Of a stretch of DNA of 64,000 nucleotides, positions 39,216 to 53,563 are shown in pieces (position 1 is the stretch's first letter; every line of letters starts with the position of its first letter). Made by a program: the position numbers and the translations under genes. This DNA is from the human T2T-CHM13v2.0 reference genome, Homo sapiens: assembly GCF_009914755.1 (NCBI RefSeq), contig NC_060930.1; one strand, given 5' to 3'. The notes beneath the pieces are model-generated. The model was not told where the DNA came from, made no database searches, and saw nothing but the letters and a program-made list of their open reading frames with translations.

Positions 39216-39870
39216 AAACGTCAAATCAGCCAGGACAGCCCCAGATAACACAGTTCTCTTATTGCTCAATCTCCAGGGACATTTGCCCAAAATTAGAGCC
39301 CACAGCCAAATACGTGGAGGCTAGGGAAGGACACTGCACTATAGGCTAAATGACTATTATCTTTGGCCTTCCAAGTCATCAGTAACTTTCCAAGGAGAAG
39401 AACTGCGAAAGAGCAGGAATATTACTACACTATTGACAGTGGTGCCGTGAAAAGCTGCAGGCTGTTAAGATAGAAAGACTTGATCCAACTCAGTCATTTA
39501 TCAGCTGTTTGAGGACAAGTGTCTTGTCCTCTCTGAATACATTTTTGGATCCATAAAACTGTGAATTATATCTCCTTGGCAAGGTTTTAGGAGGATTAAA
39601 AGAAATGTTATAGGTAAAATGCCCAGAATAAATGCCTAGCATACAATAGAGGTTTAATAATAGACAAACTCTATTTCCCTTTTTTCACCTTCTTTTTTAG
39701 GTATAGTTCTATTTATTAGTTGCTTTAAAACAGCAAAAAAGTGAAGGAGGAGGAGAAGAAGGAAGAGAACAAAGGGAATTATTTTAGTGGGTTCAGACAT
39801 TATAAAAATTGTCTAATAAAATAACAGGTTACTACCAACTCTAGTTTATGTCTAGGTGCCAGTTAATGCC

Positions 39871-39871
39871 A

Positions 39872-39908
<37 letters not shown>

Positions 39909-39910
39909 CT
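39871..39910. repeat. (CT)n(GT)n microsatellite
   Basis: Directly visible. Confidence 0.9.
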
Positions 39911-41133
39911 CTTTGCAAGAAGCTGTTTGCAGATTGTTCAACTGCAAATATTTCTGTGCATGTGTTTTGTGTTGACTTTCACGTGTTCATTTTTATTTTG
40001 TTAATAGAATTAAGAAAATAAAACCTGGAAACCAAATTTCTAGGCATTTTCTAGAGATCACAAGAAACTTGAGACCTGTTGTCAGTAGAACTATATCAGA
40101 ACCACCTGAAGAGATGGTTTAGTTTCATTTAATTAATTTGCATAAAACAAATGCACAAGGGGAGATTGAGAGAAAGCATGTGTTTGCAAAAGGGTCCTAG
40201 ATCAGAAGACCTACACGACACATTCATTCGTTTAACAAATATTTGTTGGGAAACTTTCACAGGACTGTGCTAGGGACGTGGATATTTCCCACGCTGCTAA
40301 TTGCACATGGTCTCCTAAGTGAGGGCTGCAAAAGCCCAGAGTCACTTTTTAGCTGCTCTTCTGCTATTTTCCCAATAAGCGTCAGAGTGGGGACTAACCA
40401 AACCAGAAGTTTCCAGAATGTAATGCTCCATAGCTTGTAATGAGCAGGAACTAGAATGAACAACTGCATGTTAGTCACTTTTACAAGCAATGAGGACTAC
40501 AGACCATGCAGCAATATAACAAAGTGGTGGCTTGTTCTAGGGAAGACACAGTGAAATACACTCACCCAGCTTGAGATACATGTGATGATCTAAAATCATG
40601 ACAAAGTGTGTTTTCATGTTACCTATCCCTCATCTGAACGCTCATACAATGAACAGCTGACCCTCTACACCAGTGGAAGATTTTTAAGCAAGGTGAGATA
40701 TTTCTACACAACACTCACCCATTTTGTGAAGAAAACTTCTGTACGTTGTCAAAATTTCTTATAATTATACCTAGTTTCCTGCAACTAGAAGTTGTCAGCA
40801 TAGTAGTCATGTAAATCGCAGTTAACATTTTCATGGATAGAAAATTTATCTGGCCTATTTGTACCATTCCTTTGGTCATTAAAGTCTGGCTCGCTATTTC
40901 TGTCTTTAGAAATATGTTACCCTGTCTCCCTTATCTGTTTTAGTAGTATGTTGTAGCAAGAGTTTTCATTAAAAGAAAACAACTGCTATGATTTGATAAG
41001 ATGGAAAAGAAGAGTTAGGAATAGTCACAGTCTCAGAAATAATTCTTGCTTTTCTTTACTTTTAGAATTTTTTTGATGGAAAAATAAGTAAAAAGAAGAC
41101 ATTATAAAAAATTAGTCATAATCCTAATCACTT

Positions 41134-42352
41134 TGTGTCCGGAATTGGTGGGTTCTTGGTTTCACTGACTTCAAGAATGAAGCCACGGACCCTCGCGGTG
41201 AGTGTTACAACTCTTAAGGTGGCGCGTCTGGAGTTTGTTCCTTCTGATGTTCAGATGTGTTCAGAGTTTTTTCCTTCTGGTGGGTTCGTGGTCTCGCTGG
41301 CTCAGGAGTGAAGCTGCAGACCTTCGCGGTGAGTATTACTGCACTTAAGGCAGCGCATCTGGAGTTCTTCCTTCCTCCGTTGGGCTTGTGGTCTGGCTGG
41401 CTTCAGGAGTGAGGCTGCAGATCTTTGCGGTGAGTGTTACAGCTCATAAAAGCAGTGTGGACCCAAAGAGAAAGCAGTAGCAAGATTTATTGCAAAGAGC
41501 AAACGATTAAATCTTCCACAGTGTGGAAGGGGACCCGAGCGGGTTGCCACTGCGGCTGGGGCAGCCTGCTTTTATTCTCTTATCTGGCCCCACCCACATC
41601 CTGCTGATTGGTAGAGCCAAGTGGCCTGTTTCGACAGGGTGCTGATTGGTGCGTTTACAATCCCTGAGCTAGACATAAAGACTCTCCACGTCCCCACCAG
41701 ACTCAGGAGCCCAGCTGGCTTCACCCAGTGGATCCCGCACCGGGGCCACGGGTGGAGCTGCCTGCCAGTCCTGTGCCATGCGGTCACACTCCTCAACCCT
41801 TGGGCGGTCGATGGGACTGGGCGCCATGAAGCAGGGGGCGGCGCTCGTCTGGGAGGCTCAGGCCGCACAGGAGCCCATGGAGGGGGTGGGAGGCTCAGGC
41901 ATGGCGGGCTGCAGGTCCCGAGCCCTGCCCTGCGGGAAGGCAGCTAAGGCCCAGGTGAGAAATCGAGCGCAGCGCCAGTGGGCCGGCACTGCTGGGGGAC
42001 CCAGTACACCCTCCGCAGCCACTGGCCAGGGTGCTAAGCCCCTCACTGCCCGGGGCCGGCAGGGCCGGCCGGCTGCTCCGAGTGCGGGGCCCGCCAAGCC
42101 CACGCCCACCCAGAACTCCAGCTGGCCTGCAAGCGCCGAGCGCAGCCCCCGTTCCCGTTCGCGCCTCTCCCTCCACACCTCCCTGCAAGCTGAGGGAGCC
42201 GGCTCTGGCCTCGGCTAGCCCAGAAAGGGGCTCCCACAGTGCAGCGGTGGGCTGAAGGGCTCCTCAAGTGCCGCCAAAGTGGGAGCCCAGGCAGAGGAGG
42301 TGCCGAGAGCAAGCGAGGGCTCTGAGGACTGCCAGCACACCGTCACCTCTCA
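41134..42352 (-). mobile_element. Solo LTR12 (ERV9 LTR, LTR12C/D-like), CpG-rich
   Basis: Minus strand TGAGAGGTGAC...ACCAATTCCGGACACA; 4-bp TSD ACTT; GC-rich U3, CCAAT boxes, AATAAAA TATA-like box near 41575, three U5 repeats. Confidence 0.93.
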
Positions 42353-45120
42353 ACTTCACCTAAAATACTGTTAACATTTTGGTGTATATAGTTCTGGCTC
42401 TGTACATATACAAATTGATATATATTTCCTTTAGCTATATATTTCCTTTAACTCAGGCAGGGTCACACTGTCGTGTTATATATCCTATTTCCCCACATTA
42501 TTCAATGTTCTTCTATGTTATCGTTTTTAATGGCAGAATAGTACTCTACTATATTATGAGTATTTCACCAATTGAGGCAAATATGTATGGACTCAGGAAA
42601 AATAATGCTTTTAGAGCTTCAACTTTTAAACCACTTTCCCCGCATTTGGTTGTCTTGGGAGTTATAGTCTCAGCTGGTGTCTGAGTCTGTGCCTCTGCTG
42701 TCAGCTAACACATAGTCAGTCCCCAGGGTTAGACTTCTGGGAATTAATGGAGCTCAGGACTCTGGAACTATCTGGGTCACCTATTGTCATTTGGAAAAAA
42801 GAAAAGTACAGCATATGTTAGAATATCACTTCCTTCTGCCCAGAGTGAGATGAAGAGTGTGAAATTTAGGAGTCGATTTTCATCATTCAATGAATATTTA
42901 CACAGTCCCTGCTACATGCATCAGTCATCCTTCTATTACACATGCTGGAGATGCCCTGGGGAACTAAATGCTCTACACTTTTGGAGCCCATGTTTTGATA
43001 GATTAACAATTTTGAAAAATTAAAAAAAAACAAAAAGCAGCCTCAAATCGTTTTCGATGATGTTGTTGTTGCATTACAATGGGGTAGAAATCATGTACTA
43101 TAAATATACCTGTATTAGACACTATCACAAAAGATCTAAGATTCTTTGGTAACCTCAGACTATTCCATTTTCTAGTGAAGATATTATATTATCTGTATAT
43201 CATACCTTACCTAAAAGACAACAGTGTCCAGAAAAGATATACTCTAACCTTAATTATGGAATAAAAAGGACACCTTAGTACAGGTATTTTAATTCATAGA
43301 AAACAAATTTCCTGGTGGTTTGGAGGCATTCGCCCAAGGAGTAGATTACCTCATTTTGGACATGGCCTGTCCTAGTTATAAAAAAGCAGAAGTTGATATG
43401 CAAGAGGCCAGGCAATGTGTTGATTAAATAAGAAGCTATTTAGAAGACAGTGGGAAGCTGAGTATTCACTGACGTGGGAATGGTTGAGTAAATTATGATA
43501 TATCCATTATAGGACTATTATGCAGCAATTAGAATAAATAAGCTGCATATTTACTGACTTGGAAAGTTGTCCGTGATATCAACATAAGTGAAAAAACAAG
43601 GTTGCAGAGTAATGTATGTAGAATAATGCTGGTTTTGCTTTAAAAATAATACAGGTGAATACTGTGTATGTGTCCATAGCTTGAATATACTTGTATGAAC
43701 ATGGAAATAGATGTGGAAGACTATCTACCTAACAGCATTAATTATTTTAAATATATAAAATGGGGCAGAGGTGGGAGATGATTATTTTATATTCAGTGCC
43801 TTTTTACGATGAGCAGTATTGGCTCAGCAATTTTTTTAAAGTAGGAAAAATAAAGAAAAAAGTTGTAGGGTAGGCCAGGGCTGAAAGTATATCCTTGTAA
43901 CCACCTTATTGTTATATTAATCAGCATTTATTCATGGAGCACTTATTGTTTGCAAAGATGAGAACACAAGTATTGGACTTAACAGTCTACCAGAGGGCCA
44001 ATAATTTGACTGGGGAGATAAAACCTCTTCACAGGAAAATAAAAGTATTTTCATGATGAGAACAGAGCTGGCTAATTTATATTCATTTTTTGAAATGAAT
44101 GTAGTGGAAGTGGTGTAACGAGTACAACTCAGACCTGGCAATCTTTTCACTCTGCTACATACTTGTATAAACTTAAGACAAGGCTTTTAACATCTGCACC
44201 ACCATCTCTCAGGCCCTCTACCTCTGAAGTTGAGAAAGGAAACATCTGGATATGATGCAATTAGCAATACATTAATGGGCATGAAAGGATTCCCTCCCTT
44301 CCCCACTCCAGCCCCTGTGTCCCACCCCTATCCCCCAACCCCTTCCCAGAGCTTGGAATTCATTGGGGCTATTTCTCCAAAACATTCTTTGAAGTTAAGC
44401 CTTTAGCTCCACAGTCATTAGGGAGACCTCTGAGAACCAAGTCAGCCCCAACAGCCAGTTCAGAATCTTGGCTAAACATGAGTCCTTTTACTCAATGGTC
44501 AAAATGCAAAACCAGGCAACTTTTGCTCATGGTGCTAAGTTGCAAACTATCTGTCTCTAGTCTTTAGCGAATGCTATTGGGAAGCATCAGGACAAAAGTC
44601 GTCATCCAAAAATTCCAATTCTAGTTTTCTCTTGGTCTGGGCTTAAAGCCAGAGGCGATTCTCCATAGGTGGCATGCCAGTGCCATCTGACTGCTGACAT
44701 ATTCTGTGTGGTGGTTGAGAAAACTGGAGAAGAAAGAGCCAGGGTAGTCAAAGGACTGCTCGTTAATTTTAAGATGTGCAGGATGAAGAGGAGAACAATG
44801 CAAGGGTAGGCACTCTGAACAATTTGTGTTATTGACAGCATCAGCAAAAAATAACCAGCTGGCTCTCAGCCAGGGAGTTCCCCATCCAGCTGCTGTGTGT
44901 GCATCACAGGTCTAAAGAGCGCCCACGGCCTATAACACTGATCAGTCTGAGTCTCAGTCCATCCTGCCATGGGTTGCAGACCAGACCGTGTTTCATGGGC
45001 CTCCTATTTTAGAAGAAAGGTTGAGGAGAAAGAAAGTTACATCCAGTCCTTCTGTGTCACCTGATATATTTAACAGCAAGGAAGGGAGGGAGGGAGGGAG
45101 GGAAGGGAAGGGAAGGAAGG

Positions 45121-45380
45121 ATCCCAGTACTTTGGGAGTCCAAAGCACAAGTATTGCTTGAGGCCAGGAGTTTCAGACCAGCTGAGCCATATAATGAGAC
45201 CCTGATTCTACAAAAAAAAAATTTTTTTTTTAATTAGCCAGGTATGGTGATACATGCCTCTAATACCAGCTACTTAGGAGGCTGAAGTAGGAGGATAGTT
45301 TGAGTTCAGGAGTTCAAAGTTACAGTGATCAAGCCACTGCACTCCAGCCTGGGAGACAGAGTAAGACTTTGTCTCTAAAA
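45121..45380 (+). mobile_element. AluJ lacking its first about 30 nt, preceded by a (GGGA/GGAA)n tract
   Basis: Starts at ATCCCAGTACTTTGGGAG; J-type diagnostic positions. Confidence 0.85.
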
Positions 45381-46978
45381 ATCATAATACTAATAACAAA
45401 ATGGAAAGAGCAAATTTTGATGCTTTACTGTTTTGTGGGCCTGTGTTGTCTACTTTCCCTTCATCCTCAGCTTTGTATTTCACAGTGTTGGTGATATATG
45501 GAAAAAAAACTAAGACACAGTCCTTTAGGAATTGCCAAAACTCCTATCTAAATGTGAGTGAGCAATGAAAAATAAGATACATGAAATATGAGGGCTGAGA
45601 AAGTGTGTTTTAGGGATGGGAGTGAGAGCTCCTCGTACTGTGTGGGTAGACTAAAGCAAGCTGCCAATCAAGATCTCCTTAAGATTATTTAGCAGGGGGA
45701 AGGAGAGAAGAGGGGGCGATCACTTAGTGAGCTGAGCACAAGAGGAATACCTCGCAGCTTTAGAGAATGTTTAGAGGTAGAAGTGCGAGTGGGCAGCCCA
45801 CATTTCTTCTGCTCCCACCACCGCCATCACACTGTCTCCTTGTCTGCTAAAATTTCATTATTTTTCCATCAAGCACTTACTCTCCAAATTAGGCAATCCT
45901 AAAATGCATTTAATTCCATATACCTAGGATCTGTTCAGTAGGCAAATGCCCTCACATAAAAATACTTTTGCAAGAATTGAAACTTCACTGTCTAATCAGG
46001 CCACTGATATTCTCTTAAACTAGTCTGTGCTTTCCATTTAAATTGTACCCAGGGAGGAAGTATCCTGTGGTGGAGAAAGCATTCACCTGAGAATCTAAAG
46101 ACCTGCACTCTAGTTCCTCATTTGAGACTCAGAAATTCTGTGACCTTGAGCAAATTTTGGCCCTTAGTATCTTCACTGGGATAAAATAATGGAGAAAAGT
46201 TACCTTTCAAATCCCTTCTCACTCCAGAATGCTGTTTTGCCAAGCCTATTAGAGGAGAACTAATGTTTTAACAGTTCAGTTCTATTGAGTCAGCACATAT
46301 TTATTGAGCATCTACTGTTGTGCCCTAGTGACTTAAAAGCATTGATAAAAGTGCATTCTTAGAAACATGCAATGCACTGGGCGAATCCTACTCATTTTAT
46401 AAACATGCTGTGATGGTGATTTTACTTAATCCACAGACCCTGAAACCTCCCAAGCAGGTAGCTCAGTGTAGTGGCAGTTTTAAAATGACAAAGACCTCTT
46501 TCTTGAAAACTGACTCAGCTACAATCAGTGTGCTTGTGACAAGACACTTCACTTTTCTTGGTCATGATTTTCTTCTCTGTGAATTTGGGACAATGAGGCC
46601 CACCTTAAATGGCTATGGTGAAGAGCAAGAACCCTACCTTCAGTAGAACAGCTGAGCAGAATAACCTAGTAGGAATATATTAAGTTTTGAGCTCAGCAGA
46701 CCAGGTTCAAGGGCTGGCTTTATGATTTCTTAGATATGTTACTGTTTGAAAGTCAGTTAATTTCTCCAAGCCTCAGCTTCTTGTGTGAGATGGGATAATA
46801 ACATTTACCACACACAATTACTGTATGGGAAGAGTTCAGCATAGTTTGTAACACTTGGTAAGAATTCAGTTAATAAGAGCAATTACTGTGAATTACCTAC
46901 AAATTCAGAATTGGCCTATCTAGACACAGTAAGCAGCTGGAGTTTACTTTTGTATTACAAAGGGAAGGAATCATGTCA

Positions 46979-47469
<491 letters not shown>

Positions 47470-49359
47470 TTATTCTATTTGTGACAAAGACTTCTACCTA
47501 ACCTATTATTTGTGAAGTTATTTCAGTATTTGAAATAGAGATTAAAAATATTGTATTTTCTTGGCACGATTGAAGTTTGGAGGGGTTGAAAGTGAATTTA
47601 CTTTGAGGCATTAGGTTCTTTGGTATGGGCAACTATGATTCAATTTATTAGAAGGATATTGGTGACCACAACACACCAAATCAATGGAAGTCTGAAGGAG
47701 CAGTTCCAGAAGTAGAATAGGAACAAGGAAAGAGACTTTTGGCAGGAACAGTTTCTTCCCTCCTTGTATCTGGGTTGAAAGTCCAGTTGACCAGGCTTAG
47801 ATCTTAGAAGGCCTTCCCTCCAGATCCTTTCAACAGAAAGAATCTGTCCAGAGGCTACTCTTTACTTTCATTGAGGAAGAACAGATTATCTGAATTTTCT
47901 GATCTACTAGAACTCTCCACAATGGGGGAAAAGCAAATCCTCCAAAGGAAATGGAAGATGTTGATAGGAAGTGGAGATGGATGTTGGGTGACCAATATTA
48001 ACAAAGGTCCCTACGGACAGACTTGTTTCCATATTTGACTCTGCCACTTGCTATACAAATTACTCCACTTTCCCAAGTCTATTGTAAAATGAAGGTAATG
48101 GTAAACCCAACTCCACAGGATTGCTATGAAATATAAATATAGCAATGTTTATAAAGTGCCCAGCATAATAACTGTCACATAAGTATGTCTATTAAGTTTC
48201 AGTAAATCAAACTTTCCTTTCTTATTTCAGTGATGCCTGTGTTAGGCTTTTCTATATTAGCTCCATGTATATTTACTTATATATTTCTTACATTCATGTG
48301 TATTAGTATTTTATTATCAAAGTATGTACTTCCAGAGAAAAAAGATCATGCCTCACTTTAACCAGTGCCATTTGCTTTTGATGATGACAGTGACAATAAC
48401 AATAATAACAGGGAGGCATTGTCCTAGTAATTAGTTTTAAGTACTTTTTGAGACTTTAAAAATAATCTACATAATATGGTATTTATACACATAGTCAATG
48501 GTTATAGTTATGTTTAGCATATAGGTATCCATTTTCTTTTTCATGGTCACGCTGAGGGACCCTGATGACACATAGACCATATTGCCCTTACAAGGCTCTT
48601 AATGACAGAATGGTTGGCATAGCCTTACTTTCCTAAATAGTTTGCTGATTCACTTGTTCCATTTTTAGACATCAGCAGATCGGCATTGGTGACATCTGCT
48701 AATTATTTGGTTTGACTCGTGACTGGCATGAGACTTCCATCTGCATCAATCAGTAAGACATGATTAGTGTGAGGTTAATACCACCCAATCCATGACCAAT
48801 TTGTTGTAATGAGAAGCCTTGTTTATTTATCGGTTTTCCCCAGAGGTAATCATTTGTTGGAAACATAGCTGCCAAAAGTCACATTGTCTTCGTATTAATA
48901 GCTTATCAACTCTCAAATTGCATTGACCTACCCAATTACATATTTAAGACCTTCTGCACCTCTCTTACGGTTTCCACCTCTCATTTCTACCTGGAAACAG
49001 TCTTGGAAGACAGCTGAAGACTGTGCTTCTATGGTTCGTCCTTCCTTGTTTCCCTAGTACAATATTTTGAGACATCCCCTCAAATGGCCCTCTTCTTTCT
49101 AAACCATCATCATGTGACAGTCACAGCTTCATTAAGACATGTTAGTTACGCTTCCTGGTTTAATTCAGAGTGAATTAAATCATACTCAATAAACTCACCA
49201 AGAGTTTTGTTGGTTTCTTGTGTAATGCTTGGGTAAGATTAGAAAGGCAATGACCTCCAATCATGGTAGTAGCTAATTCCTTGTTTAATACTTTAGGTCA
49301 AAGTGAGTGCACATTTCACCATTTTGTGGTCTACCAGAGCAAACACAGAAGAATGCTTT

Positions 49360-49406
49360 CTGCCCCCTGGTGCTCATTGTCTGCTACTGCAGCAGATGAG
49401 TCAGCT
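49360..49406 (-). promoter_or_regulatory. Candidate CTCF site (core + upstream motif) next to an AP-1/MARE site
   Basis: Minus strand CTGCAGTAGC-6nt-TGAGCACCAGGGGGCAG; TGAGTCAGC at 49397-49405; non-repeat DNA. Confidence 0.55.
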
Positions 49407-51341
49407 GAGATATGTTCCAGACAGAAGCAGAAGGAATTGTGTCTCTACTGCTTATAGCACATGAGCAAAGCCACAACTTTTCAGTGCGTCACATGTCAGA
49501 TACCTCCTAAATATGCAAGTGTCAGGGAAATGAATGAAGAGGATCTCTCAATTCTGTAACAGGAAGCACCACTGGGGAGAATGGCAGAGGCTCTGGGCTC
49601 TGGCTCTTGTTGCTTCATTAGCCTCTCATCTGGGAGCCCTCTGGGGTGCTGGCTGGTCCACCCTGGCCATGTCTGGGTCTCTTGATTATGCCAGGTTATT
49701 CCCTGACTCAACACACTGACATGTGCTTCTCTCTCTGCCTAAAAACTTCCTCACCCCCTTCATCTCCTAAATCGTATCTCTCCTTCAGAATGTAGCTGAA
49801 GGGCCACCTTCACAGGAAAGTCTCAATCAGGACTTCCTTAAATCTTCTCATACCACCTGATTCTTCTCCTTCAAGGCACCCATTACGATTGTAATTGAAT
49901 AACTAAATTGTTTAATGAATGTACAATCTGCTAAAATGTAAGCCCCTCTAAGGTCTTATTTACATTTGCATTTCCCATAGGTGTACAACATAATTTTTAA
50001 ATGAATGAATGAATTCTGAAGCGAAAACATAACATTCTTAAATTTGACAGCCCTTTTGTTTGCAGATAAACCAAAGCCAGGCTTATCCTGGAGTATAATT
50101 TCAAAGATAACCAGGGGAAGAAGAGAGGAGAAGATAGGGAAGGGGTGGGACTGAATTGGGTCAAGGTTCTCTTCATTCTGTCTCACCAAGGAATAGTTGT
50201 ACGCTAATGTAATTAAATGCCAAAACTAGCTTGCAGAAACTTTTCTCTTTTCTCAAAGTTCTCTAAGTTTACAAAGAGTAAGCATGCTTTTCAAATCCTA
50301 CTTATTTTTTATCCTTTGCCTATAGTATGGATCCACCCTCCAAGACTCTGAAAGTTTTTAATTGTAGTATCTGTGCATGGAACATAAGCTTAATTACTAA
50401 GGCAATGCCCATTGCTTTGTAGGGCCACGAACAATGCTTTTCATTACTGGGCATAAAGTACTCTGTTGTTATTTTCTCTATAGCCTTATATTGGAATAAG
50501 CAATAATTGTAGTTTATTCTTTACAGATGGAGGCAATAAGCACAGACAGATCTGGAACCCTTGCCTACTGTGACATACAGCCGCAGTAGCAGGCAAGCCT
50601 GGGTCAGCTCCAGAGCGGCAATGGAGGGAAATTCCCAGGACTCTGGGTGTCTTGGAAGTTTCCAAGGCCTGCAACTGATCACAGATCCTGGTTTTCCTCC
50701 CATTGGCTAAAAAGATAATAAATACAAGTTACAGCTTGACTACTGTCTGAAAAAATCTTGTAATGGTTAATGGAAGAAAGAAGAGAAAGTCCAGATGTTT
50801 GTTTTTTTTCCCTGCTTAGTGTGAGTTGAATGCTAACTTGAGACTAGGTCTAAAGTAGATCAGAAAATGCTTTCTCTTTATAAGTCAATTCATACCAGAA
50901 AAAATATAGGACACAGACAATGCCCAATAGTTACACTGGGACATGGAAATGGAGAGGAAGGGGAGTAACACTTGTGGGGTTGATATTATCATTTCATCAT
51001 CTATCTGAAATATCGCACAAGGGAGGGAAAACTGAAACAGTAAAAGCCACATACAGATTCCACTGTTTTTAACATTACATTTGTTTCTCATTCATTTAAC
51101 TTTCAATAAATATTTATTGAAAACTCGCAATATACTAAGCTTTGAAAACACAACAAAGAATAAAATGAAGCCCTTGGTCTTTTGGACTTTACTTTTCATG
51201 GGCAGGGTACAGATAGAGAACAAGGCGGAATAATGTTCAAGTAAATAAGCCAGGTAATTTCAAACACTAATAAGCGTTACAATCATGATAAAGCAGGGCG
51301 ATGTGATTGAGAGTGGCTGGAGGTGAGGGTTTGTTTTAGAT

Positions 51342-51650
51342 CTGTGCTGTCCAATACAGTTGCCACTAGCCATATGTGCCTCCTGAGTATTTGAAATGTG
51401 TCCAGTCCATGTTGAGATGTGCTGTAAGAGATGAACTGAATTTCAAAAACTTAGTATGAGAAAAAGAATAGAAAATTATCTCATTAACATTTTTATACTA
51501 ATCGTTGAAAATATCTTAGATATACTGGATTAAATAAAAATATCATGAAGAAGGATTTAACCTCTTTTTATGTGCTTTCACTGTGGCTACTTGAGCATCT
51601 AAAATTGCACTCACACTTGTTCTTTACCTTTTTGTACTGAGCAGCACTAT
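51342..51650. mobile_element. MER33/MER3-like hAT-Charlie MITE inside an L2
   Basis: CTGTGCTGTCCAATACAG..GCCACTAGCCATATGTG start and ...GCAGCACT end. Confidence 0.7.
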
Positions 51651-51937
51651 GGATGGATAGTGTCGTCAGGGTGGGCCACCCAGCCTCTTAAGAAGATGAT
51701 AATACACTTAGGAGGAACTGGGCATGCAAAGGTCTCAGGGCAGAGTAGTGCAGGCAAGGAGAACAGCAATTGCGAAGAACCTGAGGTGGGAACCAGCTTG
51801 GTGAGTTGGAAAAGAAAGAAAGCCAGTATGCCTGGAGAGAAGGCCAGGAGACAAGGAGGTCAAAAATAAGGTAAACCCCCGAGACCAAGGCTTGCTCATG
51901 CAGGGCTTTGTAAATGAGAGTAAAAAGTTTAATACAA

Positions 51938-52233
<296 letters not shown>

Positions 52234-52935
52234 AGTTAAACACAGGCTTTCCATAAAATATTGAATATTAGAGCAGATTTGCTCCTGTGTAATTTCCCAG
52301 GAACTGTTCCATAATATTAATATTCAGCATGAAACCCTGGTTTAAAAATGCAAAGAAACCCATTCAGCTTAGAATAGCTCCATGCTAATGAAGGCTTAGA
52401 CTGGAATATGCATTTACTAAACTCATTTATTTTCATATAATCGTTATAATGTTTCTGTGTAGCTGCTTCCTTGTAAGAAGGAAGAACATAGATAGAGAAT
52501 GCACTCAAATTAATTAAATAAGAATCTCAGGTTCATCTTCTTCTACTTTACTCATTGCAAGCTCAAACTCTGAGGGTGTGTGTAATAGAGGAAGGCAGGC
52601 AAACCTGAGTCCACCCAGAAAGTATAGGGTACAGGTTGGGAGATAAATATTAAAGTTTTCACTTCTTTACACATGAGTGTGTCCACCATACACAGATTTT
52701 CTACTGGGCTACTCCCAGGAAAAAGAAAATAAACTGAGTATGTTCTTTCTTTCCCTGGGGGAGTGGTTCAAAAAAAAAAAAGTAGTGAATCATTTAATGA
52801 CCAAATATTTCTGATGTATTTTAGAGTTTATATAATGAATGTATTTGTTATAAAAGCAAAATTTTGAGTTTCACCAGTAGAAACACTTCGTTCCCAAATG
52901 TCAAAGTGAAACTGACATCCATAATTATCACGCAG

Positions 52936-52944
52936 CTCTCTCTT

Positions 52945-52985
<41 letters not shown>
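52936..52985. repeat. (CT)n(CA)n microsatellite
   Basis: Directly visible. Confidence 0.9.
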
Positions 52986-53269
52986 AAGGCAAAGTTTATG
53001 TGTCCTCACAAGGGATATGTGGTTACTAAATTTAAAAGGAATGGCCCAAGTATTTGAGATTATCTAGGAACAATGTCAAGACTGGTGCCTTGTCAGAATA
53101 TGTCCAACCCTGTAAGTCACTGGGTCCTTGATCATCAAAAGCAGGGCAGAGCTCTTGCTGCACCCAGGTCATTAGAAACTCATGTGTGGGCAGAGCTCTG
53201 GGTTACAAGGCACAGGTGGGGCAAGGTGAGTCAGTCAGGTGTGTTCCTTTTCTTTAAGAGTCCTTACTC

Positions 53270-53563
53270 GACCAGGCACGGTGACTCATGCCTATAATCC
53301 CAGCACTTTGGGAGGCCGAGGCAGGTGGATCACCTGAGGTCAGGAATTTGAGACCAGCCTGGCCATGGCAAAACCCTGTCTCTACTAAAAATATAAAAAA
53401 TTAGCCAGGTGTAGTGGCAGGCACCTATAATCCCAGCTACTTGGGAGGCTGAGGCAGGAGAATCACTTGAAACTTGGAGAAAAGGTTGCAGTGAGCCAAG
53501 ATCACGCCACTGCACTCCAGCCTGGGTAACACAGCAAGACTCAAAAAAAAAAAAAAAAGAAAA
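53270..53563 (+). mobile_element. Alu (AluS)
   Basis: TSD AAGAGTCCTTACTC at 53256-53269 and 53564-53577. Confidence 0.94.

Noticed and set aside
41572-42312. Cluster of overlapping 75-146 aa ORFs and a CpG-island-like stretch
   Set aside because: All lie within the GC-rich U3 of LTR12; not a host gene promoter or CDS
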